A DNA stretch of 64,000 nucleotides from Takakia lepidozioides (Eukaryota > Plantae > Bryophyta), in contig CM060731.1 in NCBI GenBank assembly GCA_030704615.1, positions 8,618,001 through 8,682,000 on the forward strand, written 5' to 3'. Shown in pieces: positions 51,380 through 64,000 of this stretch. The position numbers were made by a program, and so were the translations under genes. The notes beneath the pieces are model-generated. The model was not told where the DNA came from. It saw only the letters and a list, made by a program, of their open reading frames with translations, and did no database searches. The first letter of the stretch is position 1. Each line of letters opens with the position of its first letter.

Positions 51380-52784
51380 GCTTGTTTTGATCGCCCACAA
51401 TACAGATTTGAACTTGGATGTTGTGATTCTCAGCAAGTTAGTTTGAGCTGTTAGTTTGAAATGCGAGAGATAAATCGCAGTCGAGATGTTGCCCAACAAG
51501 ACACTGTCAAGACTGAGCTGGGATGCTTGACATCTTCCGCCCTGGAGCTGTCTGTCTCTGTTGGACTGGCAGACTCGATCTCCATACAACAGATCTGAAT
51601 TTTACGGGAATTATGTAGAGAAGTTGCAGTGCTCAGTCATTCGTGAACTCAAAGGTCTGTAAACGTTCCACTGGTGCATTGACTTAGAGGGCAATGAGGG
51701 GGTTGTACTCCCTCCCCGATTGTATTGCTGAACTTACAGAGTTGGGGACATTGCGCTTTCGTGCTTAGTAAGATCCACCATGGTGCATCCGTTAGCGAGA
51801 GAGAGAATTGAATAAGTTACTGGTGAGCGTGGTGAGAACGTGGCTCATGGTGTCACATGTGATGCATTCAGCAATGGAATGATACTTTATTATATGAAAA
51901 ATCAAAGACTCATCTTAGAGGTAATTCAGTGTCCACCCTGATAGTTCATCCGGTATGGATGTGCTCATGAATAGACCAAATGGAACAAGACAAAGCATCA
52001 AACAAGGAGGAGAGAGGGTCCATCAGATCCCACCTGAGCAGCCCGAAAACAACTATATTGCTCGAGGGGTTGTGAGAGTCTGGTTGTGTATCGGAATAGA
52101 CTAAAGTATTTCCCAAGGATCTCGTTATAAAGGACAGGAAAGAAGAAATGTTCAAGATTCGCTTTCCATTCACATTCCCTGCTGTTGTGGACGGCGCAAG
52201 CAAGGCACAGGCGGTCCTCACGCTGCAGGTGCCGGTCTCTGTCTGCAGACTCTGGAAGCCCACACTGAACCTTCCCAAAGAAAGGAAGGAGAACTGCATC
52301 TTACTACAGGTTTTTCGTGCGGGATTCACACAAGCGAGCTCTGAGGCAGTAAAAGCTCTGGACCGAAGACACAAGTAGTGTGCAGAGCATCTCCGCACGA
52401 TGGTGAGCACCGGCAAGTTTAGTGGTGAATAGTAGCTACATTCACACTTTGTATGTTGATTGATTCTAAACTGTGTTGGGAGTAATAATAGATCCGTGCT
52501 TGCAGCATCATGTAAGAAAGCATAGCCTTGTCAACTTGCATGTTACTATCTGATATTGAACTCACCGCTCCATCTCGCAAATGCTGTTCGAGAATGACGT
52601 GAGTACGGGACTGAAAAGTATGATCTTGGAGAGTTTCTTAGAGACAAATTTGCCGATACCATTGCAGCTGTTCTTCTTGTTAGGCTGCCAAAATAAAACA
52701 GGGTGAAATGTGTTGAAGATGGTGCTTTCATTAGCAGTGCCTGATTTTATCAATCAGCTCACACTGCACTTAATGTTGTTGGTT

Positions 52785-53000
52785 TTACCAGTAATCCCCA
52801 CATGAAAAGACCCCATCTTGGAAATGGTGAAAGCTGTAAGCATCCCGAACAATAACTTCTCGCTCAACAATCTTTGGGATGAACTTGGCGGCCGTGTGGC
52901 AGTCACCGACCTGAAGGTTCTTGTTCGAATAGGCGTCCCAGGGATGTGCTGATGAGCCCAAAAGCAATGGCCAGTTTCTCACTGCGGTCGCCAAGAGAAG
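52785..53000 (-). pseudogene. PPR DYW-domain C-terminal fragment
   Basis: [14 protein letters not shown] / [45 protein letters not shown]. Frameshifted, HSE changed to RSE and CxxC damaged, with no upstream PPR repeats. Confidence 0.85.
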
Positions 53001-53254
53001 CTACAATGTTGACAAACTTTCTCCTTGTGCCAAGAGCCGTCTCAACACACAGACTTTCAGCTCCCCCTGTGCCAAAGGAGGTTTCAACCTTCTGTCCAGG
53101 GAGACATGATGTCTTTAATCTGGAGGTGCTAAAAAGCGGATGCGATAGCATAGCAGTCCATATTAGATCGTGTTGACGTATACATACGTGACGTCCGTGC
53201 TGAGGTCTTGTTGTGGGTTGAGTTGTTAAAGTTGTGTACTTGTGTTCACCTTCC

Positions 53255-56200
53255 ATGGAATGCACACCACAGATTCATCAGTTATGGCCGCCCGACGGTG
53301 AGGCTTACGAGACAAGTCTGGATGTTGTGTTCTTTCATGGCCTGCAATTCGGCACCTTACGAGTGGAAGCTTGGAAGGACACTTGGGTCCAACGCGGTGA
53401 CCACACTGTTTGCTGGCCTGCACAATGGCTTCCCGAAGATCTGGATCGAAAAGTGCGAGTGTTTTCTCTCTCGTATGATGCAGCAGCACACATGGGGCCG
53501 GAGGGAGGCAACAATGAAGACGTGAGCGACATTGGCAAGAACCTTCTCGAGAGTTTTGTGAACAGGTAGTCTGCCTCCTTCTCTCAATACCCAGCTCCTC
53601 TCACTGACGCTGTTGGGTGTACATGTAGAAGGCATCAGCCATCGTTGATCCCCAGCTGGTTGGCCCCAGCTTCTAATCAGAGTGCAGATATCAGGCTTTG
53701 TGTTTGTGAAAACAACGATAACTTACATTTTGGGGGCTCAGAAATCAAGATTTTAGCTTGATGTGGAGCATCTCTTGTTCCGCAAAGTGCACATGGATAT
53801 ATTTGTGTTTTGGGATCAGCTCCAGAGATGGAAATCTATGGGATCCTCTGTCATAAGAAGGACTGCATGATATATTGTCATATGCATACTGTCATGTGTC
53901 CCAATCTCACAGTTTGCAATTTTGCAGCGGAGCATGGAATGATGGCAAACAAAACCCGATGGTTCTGGTTGGCCACAACTTTGGGGGTCTCGTGATCGAG
54001 AGTTTGATTGTGGAGGCTCACAGAAGAAAAACTCACCACGCAAAAAATGCTTTAGACAGAAAAGCCTGTCACTCTGCTGAGATCTTTCTCAGAAATCTGC
54101 AGGGTATTGCATTTTATGCAGTTCCGCATGCAGGAAGTACAAACATGGAGACTTACATCAGGACATGCTGCAGTATTTTTCGGAAACCACAGCTGAGTGG
54201 GATAATGGGAAATATCAAACCCTTCCAGTGAAAAATGGAGGAGCTCTCAATAGAATACGAAGATGTTGTGGGCACCTCCCTCAATGTCTATGCGTTCACA
54301 GAGGGCAAGCCCACTGGCAAGGTAAAATTATCAACTGTTTAGATAATGCGGGAAGGAAGGACAGTGCCTGAATGGTTGACAAGGTAGCGAAATTGAGTGG
54401 CTTAATTCAAGACGCAGACCATATGGAAGTTTGTAGGCCAACCAGCCAGATGGATGTGAGCTACCAAAAGCTCCTTGAACTCCTTCAGCTAATCCAAGGC
54501 CAGGAAGTGAGCAATCCCCCTTCCTTCTTTGCTGAACCGCATCTTTTACTGCTTCCAAGCATGTCCGAGAGTGGGGCCATGTCCAAAGACTCAGGTCCAA
54601 ACATGTTAGGCTAGAAAAATTATAGATGATTGAATTTCTGTTTTTTGCATCTCTGTCTCCATGCAGATAAACTTCTTGAGTCAGAGCTGGATTCCCGAAC
54701 TCCCTACAGAGTTGGTTGGGCTCTTGGAACGTGTCGACATAGTGAAGCGCCGACTCGAAGGGGTTGCTATAATCGGTGTAGTTGGGATGGGTGGTATCGG
54801 CAAGACAACGTTGGCAAAGGCGGTCTACCGTGATCTCGCTCGCATGAATTTTGATGCATACAGCTTCCTGCCAGACATCAGATCAAGTGGAATTTTGGAG
54901 ATGCAGAGACAGCTATTGAGGGGCATAGGTATCATATGTAACAGCATGGATGACAGTAACATTCAAAATGTGGAGCAAGTTCGGATGCTTATAGAGAAGT
55001 GTTTGAAGGATAAAAAAGTGCTCTTGGTCTTGGACGATGTTGGCACTGAGGCCCAAATGGTTGCTTTGGGTCTAAGCAAGCTGTTGAAAACTGGGAGTAA
55101 GGTAATTGTGACAAGCCGGAACTGGGGAATTCTAGACAAGTATGTGGGGGTTGATGGAAAGTATGACGTGGAGGAACTCGGCCCAGAGCAGGCCCTTGAT
55201 CTTTTTTGCATGCACGCTTCTGTAGACGGAGGAGAGCGAAAACAAAAGTTTGAAGTGATGTCAACGGAGGTCGTGGCTGCTTGTGGGGGGCTTCCATTGA
55301 GCCTAGAGGTCATGGGGGCGTTTCTTCGCACTTGTGATGATGTGGAGGAATGGAAAGAGGCACTAGACCGGCTGAGAAAGGCGCAGTCTTTGCAGGGGGA
55401 TAATGAGGATGAAAAGTTGTGGAGCCGGTTGCAAATTAGTTACGATTCCTTAGCGCAGGTGGAGCGAGATATGTTCTTGGACATTGCTTGTTTCTTTTGT
55501 GATGGTGGCTTTTTGGACCCTGGTAGGGGGATTTCACGAATGTGGTATTTACAAGGTATGCGTTCTGAAACAGCGCTCCGGATATGGAGATCCTGGTCAC
55601 CAATGCTTGGATTGGAAAACCTCCAGAATAGATCACTTGTGAAAATAGATAACATCACAGAGGTTTTCACAGACAACGTCACAAAGGTGCTCACCATGCA
55701 TGATCAGTTGCGGGACATGGGTCGGGCAATTGCAAGAAAGAATCCCGCACCTTTTGGTGACCGATTATGGGAGGTGGAGACAGCAGAAATGGCCCTTCGA
55801 GCCAAACAGGTGATGGATCACACAATTCTAATGTAGTGCTCTTGGTCGGCAAGAATTTAGTTATGTACAGCCTGATTTGTTAACTTTGATGTAAATTAGT
55901 TGGTACTGGCAGGACATCATTGAGTGGATATAATGAGTGGATCTTGCATATGAATCAATCACACATATGTAACCTATATATAATAAAGCATCTCATTTCA
56001 CACCTTAGTTCCAATTTTGTGCAGGTGGGTTTCTCTGTACAAGGCCTTTCATTGGCAGGCTCAAGAATAAAGCTTTCCACGACGTGGGGTACAATGAGCG
56101 AGTTCACAAAAATGCCCCGCCTTCGTTTGCTCAACTTGGACGGTTGCAGTCCACAAAATGTCAAGTATTGTCTCGGGAAACATTCCAATCAACTGAGTCT

Positions 56201-57080
56201 CCTCTTTCTACGTCATACAGACATAACAGATCTGCCAAAATCCTTCGGATATCTCACGATGTTACGTGTGCTTGACTTGAGTTATAATGAGAAGCTGTGG
56301 AGACTACCAGATTGCATTGGGAATCTCACATCTTTACTGGAGCTACGCCTAGGTATGTGTGCAGATCTGAAGAAACTACCGCAAACGATCTGCCGCCTCA
56401 CACTACTACAAGAGCTCAACCTATTTAGTTGTGAGCAGCTTACGGAGCTGCCCGAGCGTGTCGGGGAACTCAAGAGACTGCGAGTGCTCAACTTGGCTGG
56501 GTGTTGGCAGCTACAGAAACTGCCCGGGTCGATCTGCCGCCTCACACTACTACAAGAGCTGAACCTATTTTCTTGTTGGAGGCTTACAGAGCTGCCCGAG
56601 CATATCGGGGAACTTAAGAGACTGCGAATGCTCAACTTGGCTGGGTGTAGTGAGCTGCAGAAACTGCCCGGGTCGATCTGCCGGATCACAGTACTACAAG
56701 AGTTCGACCTATCTGGTTGTGATGGGCTTACGGAGCTGCCCGAGCATATCGGGGGACTTAAGAGCCTGCGAGTGCTCAACTTGGCTCGGTGTGGTGAGCT
56801 ACAGAAACTGCCCGGGTCGATCTGTCGCCTCACACTACTACTAAAGCTCCACCTATATGGTTGTGGGAGGCTTACCGAGCTGCCCGAGCGTACTGGGGAA
56901 ATTGAGGGGTTGCGAGTGCTCGACTTGGCTGGATGTGGTGAGCTACAGCAACTGCCCGGGTCAATCTGCCGCCTCACACTACTACAAGAGCTCATCCTAA
57001 CTCGGTGTCCAGCGGAGGTGCGAAAGGAACTTGAGGATCTTGAGGGGCTGAAAATAAGAGGTAATAGACGTTTGGTGTAG
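53255..57080 (+). CDS. Alpha/beta-hydrolase-NB-ARC-LRR immune receptor (HNL type); hydrolase part disrupted (possible pseudogene or N-truncated NLR)
   Basis: Hydrolase exons 53255-53565 (DVVFFHGLQ, WKDTW, CWPAQWLPEDL, RVFSLSYDA) and from 53928 (VLVGHNFGGLV, FYAVPHAGS, in-frame TGA 54229-54231, later DADHMEVCRP). NB-ARC exon 54668-55809 (GMGGIGKTT, LLVLDDV, KVIVTSR, CGGLPL, MHD). LRR exon 56025-57080 with 24-aa repeats. Confidence 0.85.
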
Positions 57081-57427
57081 TAACAAAGATTGGGCAGAGA
57101 TGGAAAAAGAGGGACTTGCTTAACTTCGGCTGTAGCCACCATTCATCCAATGTCCATTTATCATCCGTTTGTCTCCATCAAGGAGCATCCTTACCTTTGT
57201 TAGCCACCGTCTGCTCTCAACCATTTTTGACTTGCCCTTCTCTCTCATGAGATCCCCACAAGTACAAATTTTTTTTCCAACACATATTCATGAGTATTTA
57301 CAGAGACCCAGGGGTCTCTGAACTCTGTACTCCAATCCCTTGACAACAGAGATAGCCACACGGATTCGTGGACATACCATGAACATATGAGATTTATGTT
57401 AAACTTGATACAAACTCCCTAATTATT

Positions 57428-57617
57428 TGTTGGCTCTGTCCCCCAAGGGATAGAGGCATTGTGGAAACATCTTGCCTAGGGGGAGAACTAGGCTTATCCA
57501 TTAAGCCTAGTCTATGGAGGGTTGATGGGCATGATTCATGAAAGCCGCTGAAAAAGTATAAAACAACAACCCCAAAATCATCGAAGGAAAGAGCAAGGAC
57601 CTGTTGTGGCGGAGCCA
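57428..57617 (+). repeat. ~190-bp dispersed repeat, copy 2
   Basis: Near-identical to 51191-51379. Confidence 0.8.
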
Positions 57618-58404
57618 TTGTTTATTCACTGTGTGAAGGAGTTTATCATGGAGGACTTGTGACTGAAGTTAGTGATTTGTGGTTTGGATTTTGTCTCCAA
57701 TATCTTGGATTACTGACAAGTTTACTGTTCCCTTTAAAATTACAAACAAGGGCAATTCTTTCTTCTTGTTGGTATCAGTAGGTTGTGTGTCTTCCCTAGC
57801 ATGGGATGAAAGGAAGTTGGTTGAGGTTGAACGTTCCATTTTTTTGCAAAAGATGGTTGGAGCATTGGTGGTTGTAGCCTGGTCTACGGGAGGTTGTGAT
57901 TTTCATCATGGCTACTTAGCTTCCCCCTAGGAAAGTCCAAGCTCACCAAACCTCCATCACAAGCGCACGAAGGAGATCCTTTAAACTCTTAGTTGGTTGA
58001 ACCCTCCATGGATGAAAGCAGAGCTAGCTGCCATGGTAGAAGGTCAAGCATGATGTAGTGATGGCCCTAATGTCACTGTATAGAATACGTAGGGTATTGT
58101 TTGATGATGATGGAAGAGTCCAAACCAAACAATTGGTACACAAAGTATGTAAGACTGTAAGGTTGTATTTCTACGAATATGCAGGAGCCTGTGGCCCTGT
58201 AGGATTGAAATATTTCTTTGGAGGATTTTTTTTTTTTTGAAAGGGGAGGATAAAACTATATATGCGGCTGTGAATTAGATGTATGTAACTAACCATTTCA
58301 GTCGTAGAAGATAGTGGAGTTCAATCAGCATAAGGGAAGTGCTCAAGTGTTGATTTGGTCTCAAAAGAGTGTCACGATTGCAGTTTATGCTCATCACAGT
58401 TCTG

Positions 58405-58515
58405 GTCGGGAGGCTTTCGAGCTTGTAGAATGCATCAGGAAGGGGTGAAACCCAACAGAGTTATATTCACTGACATTCTGAATGCATGTGCTAGCCCCAA
58501 AACCCTGGAAAAGGA
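58405..58515 (+). pseudogene. Isolated single PPR-motif fragment
   Basis: MHQEGVKPNRVIFTDILNACASPKTLEK matches a P-to-L motif junction. Confidence 0.55.
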
Positions 58516-59899
58516 CCTTGCTGATATCACCAAAGCTGGAGGGATAGTGTTGCCATTTAGTAGTCAGGGTGTAGCTGCATTGTGGTTGACAACCAGGTGC
58601 ATACATTTGTCGAAGAAAACAAATTGCACCCACAATTTGAAGAAATTCATGCTGAGCTCAAGAGTTTCTCTGCAAGGGAGGCTGGGTGCCTGACATGGGC
58701 AAAAACTCGTGCACTTTAAATCCCCCTTATTTATTCAGCTAGCTGTTCTATTAATTAATACAACTAAGATTCATGTTTGCGTCTTTTTTTGGGGGCCTGC
58801 GTATGCAGAGCCCACTAAAGTAGGAACAAACTTAGTAAGGAGTAATTAGGGCAGGGGAAGAGAGTGCAATTCTCCTTTATATACACTCTGGGGACGGCCC
58901 CCACACCTGTCCCACTTGACACGTGTACTCTACGTACCCCAATTTGGGGCCTGAACCATCCCCCATTTAGCTAATAGCTGTCGCCTTCCAACCCGTCTTT
59001 TTTCTTACCCCCTTACACAACGGTTATTTCTTCAAATCATTGTGTAGCTTACTATATATCCCCCTTTTTTATTCCTGGACCATCCTCTAATGAACACAAA
59101 CTTAGGGGGCTTATTTGTGTTGCCTACAAGTGACGTTGAACTGGCAAGCGTCTCAGTGCACCCACTATGCAAAACTCTTCCACAAAAATATGATAAGAAC
59201 TTCAAAAATACTCCATCAATCATGTTCTCTCACACATTTTGAAGTTCCTTGTTGTCCCCCCCCCCCTCCTCTGGAAATAGTAGATATTTCTCTCTTTCTC
59301 CTACAATTCCTCCTCTGTTGGTCTTCAGATGATGGGGTTCAATCCCCACAAATCTGAAAACAGTCCATTTAGCTATATTTCGAGTGGCCAGCTCCATATT
59401 ACTAATTCCTTTCATGACATGGTGGTACCTGTTGTGACACATTTTCTTCGCCCTGTTGTGACATGTCGCCGCATCGCATCTCCAACCATTGTGACACATC
59501 AAGACCAAGTACCTGTCCAATTTGCAATACATCTGTGAGAATTCTCTCTCACTCCAGCATCAAACGAGCAAAGAGAAAGACTTTAAATATCAGCCCACAG
59601 AGAAAGACTAACATATCAGCCCAGTTACATGAAAAGATTGGGAGAGGCACCTGTCAGAAACTTTGTCCAATAGTACATATCCACATAGCAATTAGAAGCA
59701 GTGCATTTCCAACAAATGGATGGGTAAAAGTCTAATGGATATGATCCTGCCCTCAATGTGTAATCAGTTTGAATGCTGCTCTCCACTCACCCGTGCAGCA
59801 GGGCTGCTCACATATTTCAAGAAGTTCTCCCCCCCTTCCATCTCATTAGTCAGACTTAATACATCACATGATGAAGCATGTTTAGGTTCGAAGTAGGAA

Positions 59900-60500
59900 C
59901 TGATGTCAGCCATATGTTATTCTTGTATCAACCACAAGGTTTTCGGTGGCCCCATAACCAGTGAGATCACAAAAAGTCCATCCATCCATCCATTAGAAAG
60001 TGCAAAGCTAATATGAAGGAGTAAGCTCACCATAGCGAGTGCCAACCAAATGGCAACATGTAGAGAAGGTGAGGGTTTCACGAACAGTCATTTCGGGTGT
60101 GTGTAAGTCATGTTGGCGTATGTGCTCTGCTGTTTTCTGTTACAAACATATCCAGTGTATGCCCATTGTACACCTTCCCCGTGACCTGTGGAAAAGCAAT
60201 TCATTTGCAGACTTCAGTGCTTAAAGAAGAATAGTGTAACTCCAGAAACAGAACATCCAGTGGCTTGTGGCATAGTGTTGGGTTAGCATCCATTAGTCAC
60301 AATAGCCTCCTAATATTGGAAGGTGTCAAAGTGACATTTGGGAGAGAGGAGGCAGAGAAAGAGCAGTACCTGAAAGGTCTTTTACAGGGGGAAACATCAT
60401 CTTGAAAGCTTCGACTTTTGTCTGTATATTCTTGGTTCCACTGAATGCAACAATTCAGCAGAGGTGAACTCATCAGGGTTCTGGCCTCATCCATGAGACT
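59900..60500 (-). pseudogene. Degenerate ABCG/PDR transporter exon fragments (NBD1 region)
   Basis: Exon at about 60185-60031 reads [50 protein letters not shown], bounded by cag and gtgagc, with a frameshift. The upstream exon end DDVSPCKRPFR resembles PDR DVSGIIKPSR. Confidence 0.65.
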
Positions 60501-61179
60501 GCTTTCAGCTGGTTACCTAAGATTAAAAAAAGAAATACTACAACAAGAGCAGGAAGTATTGTGAACACAAATCTGGAGACTCAGCCATAACTGCACATGC
60601 AACGTAAAGGCCTCAAATTACAGAGTGTGAAATATGAGTTGCACATATTGTAACGTTCCCTTAGCTCATGCTGCCAGAATCTCTAAAGAGCTACAAAAGA
60701 AAATAAAAAACTGAGTTGATAGAGCTAATTTGGACATTTTCAAGCATCAGTTGCGTTGGACCACTTCTGTGAGAAAAAGCACTATAGACGGAGGCCACAC
60801 TTCGGCAGGCATCGTTCTTGACACGCAAGCACCTGATTAAATGAGCATTGCATCAATGACACTTAAATAGAAGAGAAAGAGCTTCTCAACACCAACAGAA
60901 TGACCACGCTTTCAAAACATTGAAGCAAATATGACGAGCATTAAATGATTTCCTTTGTCCGGTGATTTGATTCTGGAAGGTACAAATTGGAGGTGCGCAG
61001 AATTGAGAGGGGCAGTTTCTATAAGGAACCAGGATGATGATGATGATGATGATGGAAATTACTAACTCTTTGTCTTCACGGTCAAAATCAAACTCGAATT
61101 AAAGCCGCAGGGAAAAAGACTCTTCACCTGGCAACCTTAGGCGGAATTTGTGTTGACAGTCACGAGATGCCGTTTTCCA

Positions 61180-61720
61180 CAGCTATCCACTCCTGTAGAA
61201 TTTCATCAACCAAACATTGACTGTTGCTCTCCTTCAGCAATCCACTCCTGTAGAATTCATGAACCAAACTTTGACTGTTGCTCTCCTTCAGCAATCCATT
61301 CATGTAGAATTCATGAACCAAACTTTGACTGTTGCTCTCCTTCAGCAATCCATTCATGGAGAATTTATGAACCAAAGATTGACTGTTTCTCTCCTTCAGC
61401 AATCCATTCATGTAGAATTCATGAATCAAAGATTGACTGTTTCTCTCCTTCAGCAATCCATTCATATAGAATTCATGAACCAAAGATTGACTGTTGCTCT
61501 CCTTCAGCAATCCATTCATATAGAGTTCATGAACCAAACTTTGACTGTTTCTCTCCTTCAGCAATCCATTCATATAGAATTCATTGAACCAAACATTGAC
61601 TGTTGCTCTCCGGCAGCAATCCTTTCATATTGAATTCATGAACCAAACATTGACTGCTGCTCTCCTTCTCCTTCAGCAATCCCTTCATACAGAGTTCATG
61701 AACCAAACATTGACTGTTCC
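61180..61720. repeat. 54-bp minisatellite, about 10 copies
   Basis: Unit CAGCAATCCATTCATGTAGAATTCATGAACCAAACTTTGACTGTTGCTCTCCTT, giving 18-aa periodicity in three overlapping ORFs. Confidence 0.92.
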
Positions 61721-64000
61721 ACTCCCGTCTCCTGTTTGTCCTGACATACATGGCCAGAAGGTCGGTGAAGCAATGCGCCAGCAAATTGCACGTACTTACA
61801 GCCCTTGCATCCAAGCCTTCCCGGGAGTGGTGCCGTACACAGCAGCAGACAAGGACGACCTTGTATCCCTCCAAATCATATTTGTTGACACCTTGCAGAC
61901 TGTGTGGACCCAGGGGACTACTCCGCAGCAACGTGCTAGTACCCAAACTATCGTCGCACGAACGTCCTCCTTCGTCCGTCCCACGTCAGCCGAAGACTTT
62001 TGCACCTGCCGGGGGACAGACCTCGCCTGTATAAACTTGCAAATAACGTCGGGGAACGAGCGGTTCCCGGCTGGGCCCCGCCTGGGCCCAAAACACAAGG
62101 GAGCCGTTGGAGTAGTGAAAGGAGAACGTGGAGTAAATATTAGAAAATGGGCGGCGCAGCCTCGGGAGGCCGCGGCAGCAGGCCACCGGCCCCACGCGGC
62201 GCGGCCCACTGCGCAGCGCCCATAGGCCCGCGCAGTGCGCCTGCATTGACCCCGCGCCCGCGCGGCGCGGGTCCCACTGGCGACTTTCCGGGTTCAAATT
62301 TCAGAAAAAGAAAAAGCAAGCGCGGAGGTCATATCCGAGTCGGGCATTCTAGACTTATTGCTAGCGGGGTGGCATTTTGAGCCATCCCCCCGACGCATTC
62401 CTGTCACTTCACTAAATTTGCCCCTCCATCTCCAATTTGGGAGCCAGCTCTGCCCGATTTTCAACCAAAATGGAAAAATGGTTGAAAATTGTGGTATCGA
62501 AACGACTGCGTAGTCGATCCCTCCCTGCCACGAAGGCTGCGTGCCAATGTTCCGAACGCCCCACGTGATCGCTTTTTGCATTATTATACGTCCGCTTGGG
62601 GCCCTACCGTCTTTTCTGACAAATTTTGGAAACAATGCACACGCCAATGTACTAACTAAAGCGGAGAGCCTACGCGACGATTGTTTACTTTATGTATTGA
62701 GGCCGTTGTAATAGTAAGGGAGGTAAGTTGGTTTACGAGAGTATATGTACGGTGTTTACCTGGCAGATCACCACCTACTCGATCCACTACTAATTGCTGA
62801 ATATGCCCCGCCTTTGTATTTACGCCGGGGCCGAAGCTGACTCTCCGAGCCTGAGAGTCAGGTTCGGAAGGTAACATGGGATCCCTTTTCTGACTCACGT
62901 AGGTAGATCCACTTTACGGCGTGGTGAATGGATGACAAGCTGCGGAACGGGGATGTAGTGGGTTTCGCTTGCTGATTCGTCTGGAATAATTTTGCTCTGC
63001 TTTCCAGTGGCTGATTATGCCATGGCGGGATGGCGAGTAGACTGGACTTTTCTATTGGGAGAATAAGAAGACTCCGGCCGAAAGCGGACGTAACTAACAG
63101 CCATTTCGCCTTGTGGCTACTACCCCCTTTTGAGGCTGGGCTCTATTTCCTGTGGGCTGTTTATGGGTGTAGCCAATCAGAAGCTGGACGGCGCAATCCA
63201 CTATGCTTTGGAGCAAGACTGCGGGCTCTGTCGTCGGCCATAATGGCCGGTTTCAAAGTACACTCACCACAATTTCATGTAGGTAGTCACCAACTGAGAT
63301 TTGCTCGGGCCCATCATCTACCATTCCTTCGACACTAACAAACATATGGTAGGTGCCCCTTCCCAACCGGCCCAGTTTTCTGCCCGAGCATTCGGCCAGG
63401 GTTTCCGCATTGTAAGACAAAGTCTCGAATGCGCGGATCATGTTGAATGGTAAAGAGACAACAACCATTTTTTCTCAAAAGATAAGTCATAAACTCATAG
63501 AATACAATACCTAACTGGAGAAAGGAAAAAGTGGCCTTTTGACGAGATGACTGGAAGCTGCGAACGGAAAAGTCAAACTGGCAGCCACCCTGAGGCTTTT
63601 TTCCAAATAGAATACATTACATGAAAAATCAAACCAAATAATAATAGAGCTGGATTGATCAGAGATTTTTTCATCCGAACAAAGTTGTTGTGTACTATTA
63701 TTGGGACGACTTTCTCCGTAAACTTGAACAATTTCAAAACCGAATTCGGTGACCCATTCAAGTACAAGATGACAACAATTTGACAAACGTCACCCCATTC
63801 ATCCATCTCTTACTTGGTTCATCCAGAACACTCTGTCCAGGTAAACCTGCTCATAAATGGCTCCCTGTACCCTGAGTATCGATAATTTATATGATTGATT
63901 TCGGGCCTGCCAGGAAATGATCAGATTATCCCCCGATACCGCAAATCATTCCCTGCCACTTCGAAATCAAAAGATACCAACTTGGAATGATGATGTTTTT

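Noticed and set aside
51192-51498. Complete solo LTR (TGTTGG...CCAACA)
   Set aside because: The flanking 5-mers (GGCTT and AGACA) do not form a TSD, and similarity to the second copy stops after about 190 bp.
56282-57142. 286-aa antisense ORF
   Set aside because: It is a shadow of the repetitive LRR coding strand.
61180-61720. CRISPR-like array
   Set aside because: Units are contiguous and nearly identical with no unique spacers, the context is eukaryotic, and there are no cas genes.
61750-64000. Short ORFs and a GC-rich tract at the right end
   Set aside because: No recognisable domains, splice pattern or terminal repeats that I can support.

Overview
Eukaryotic nuclear DNA from a land plant, most likely a non-seed plant such as a bryophyte. 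This is inferred from an alpha/beta-hydrolase-type NLR, PLS/DYW PPR fragments and plant-type tRNAs; the species cannot be determined. Intact host genes: a 15-exon Macro + CRAL-TRIO (GDAP2-like) gene (+, 30583-39868), a 10-exon phosphomevalonate kinase gene (-, 42832-47977) and tRNA-Val(CAC). A hydrolase-NB-ARC-LRR gene (+, 53255-57080) has a damaged hydrolase exon but open NB-ARC and LRR exons. The rest is TE and gene debris: two hAT transposase regions, hAT MITEs (one with a perfect 8-bp TSD), CACTA termini, four pieces of one LINE family, a PHD-bearing Ty3/Gypsy fragment, tRNA-derived SINEs, GH17, PPR, ABCG and OSB-like pseudogene fragments, and a 54-bp minisatellite. The most striking object is a degenerate ~9.6-kb non-LTR retrotransposon (about 10995-20617). 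It carries, in order, a putative RRM ORF1, a 2A/StopGo-like motif, AP endonuclease, RT, a chromodomain, a putative PCIF1-like adenine-methyltransferase fold, RNase H, a CCHC finger and a second, restriction-like endonuclease. This is a Dualen/RandI-type architecture with extra chromatin and methylation modules, ending in a structured 3' UTR and (TC)n tail. All calls come from manual translation and motif recognition; no database searches were run.
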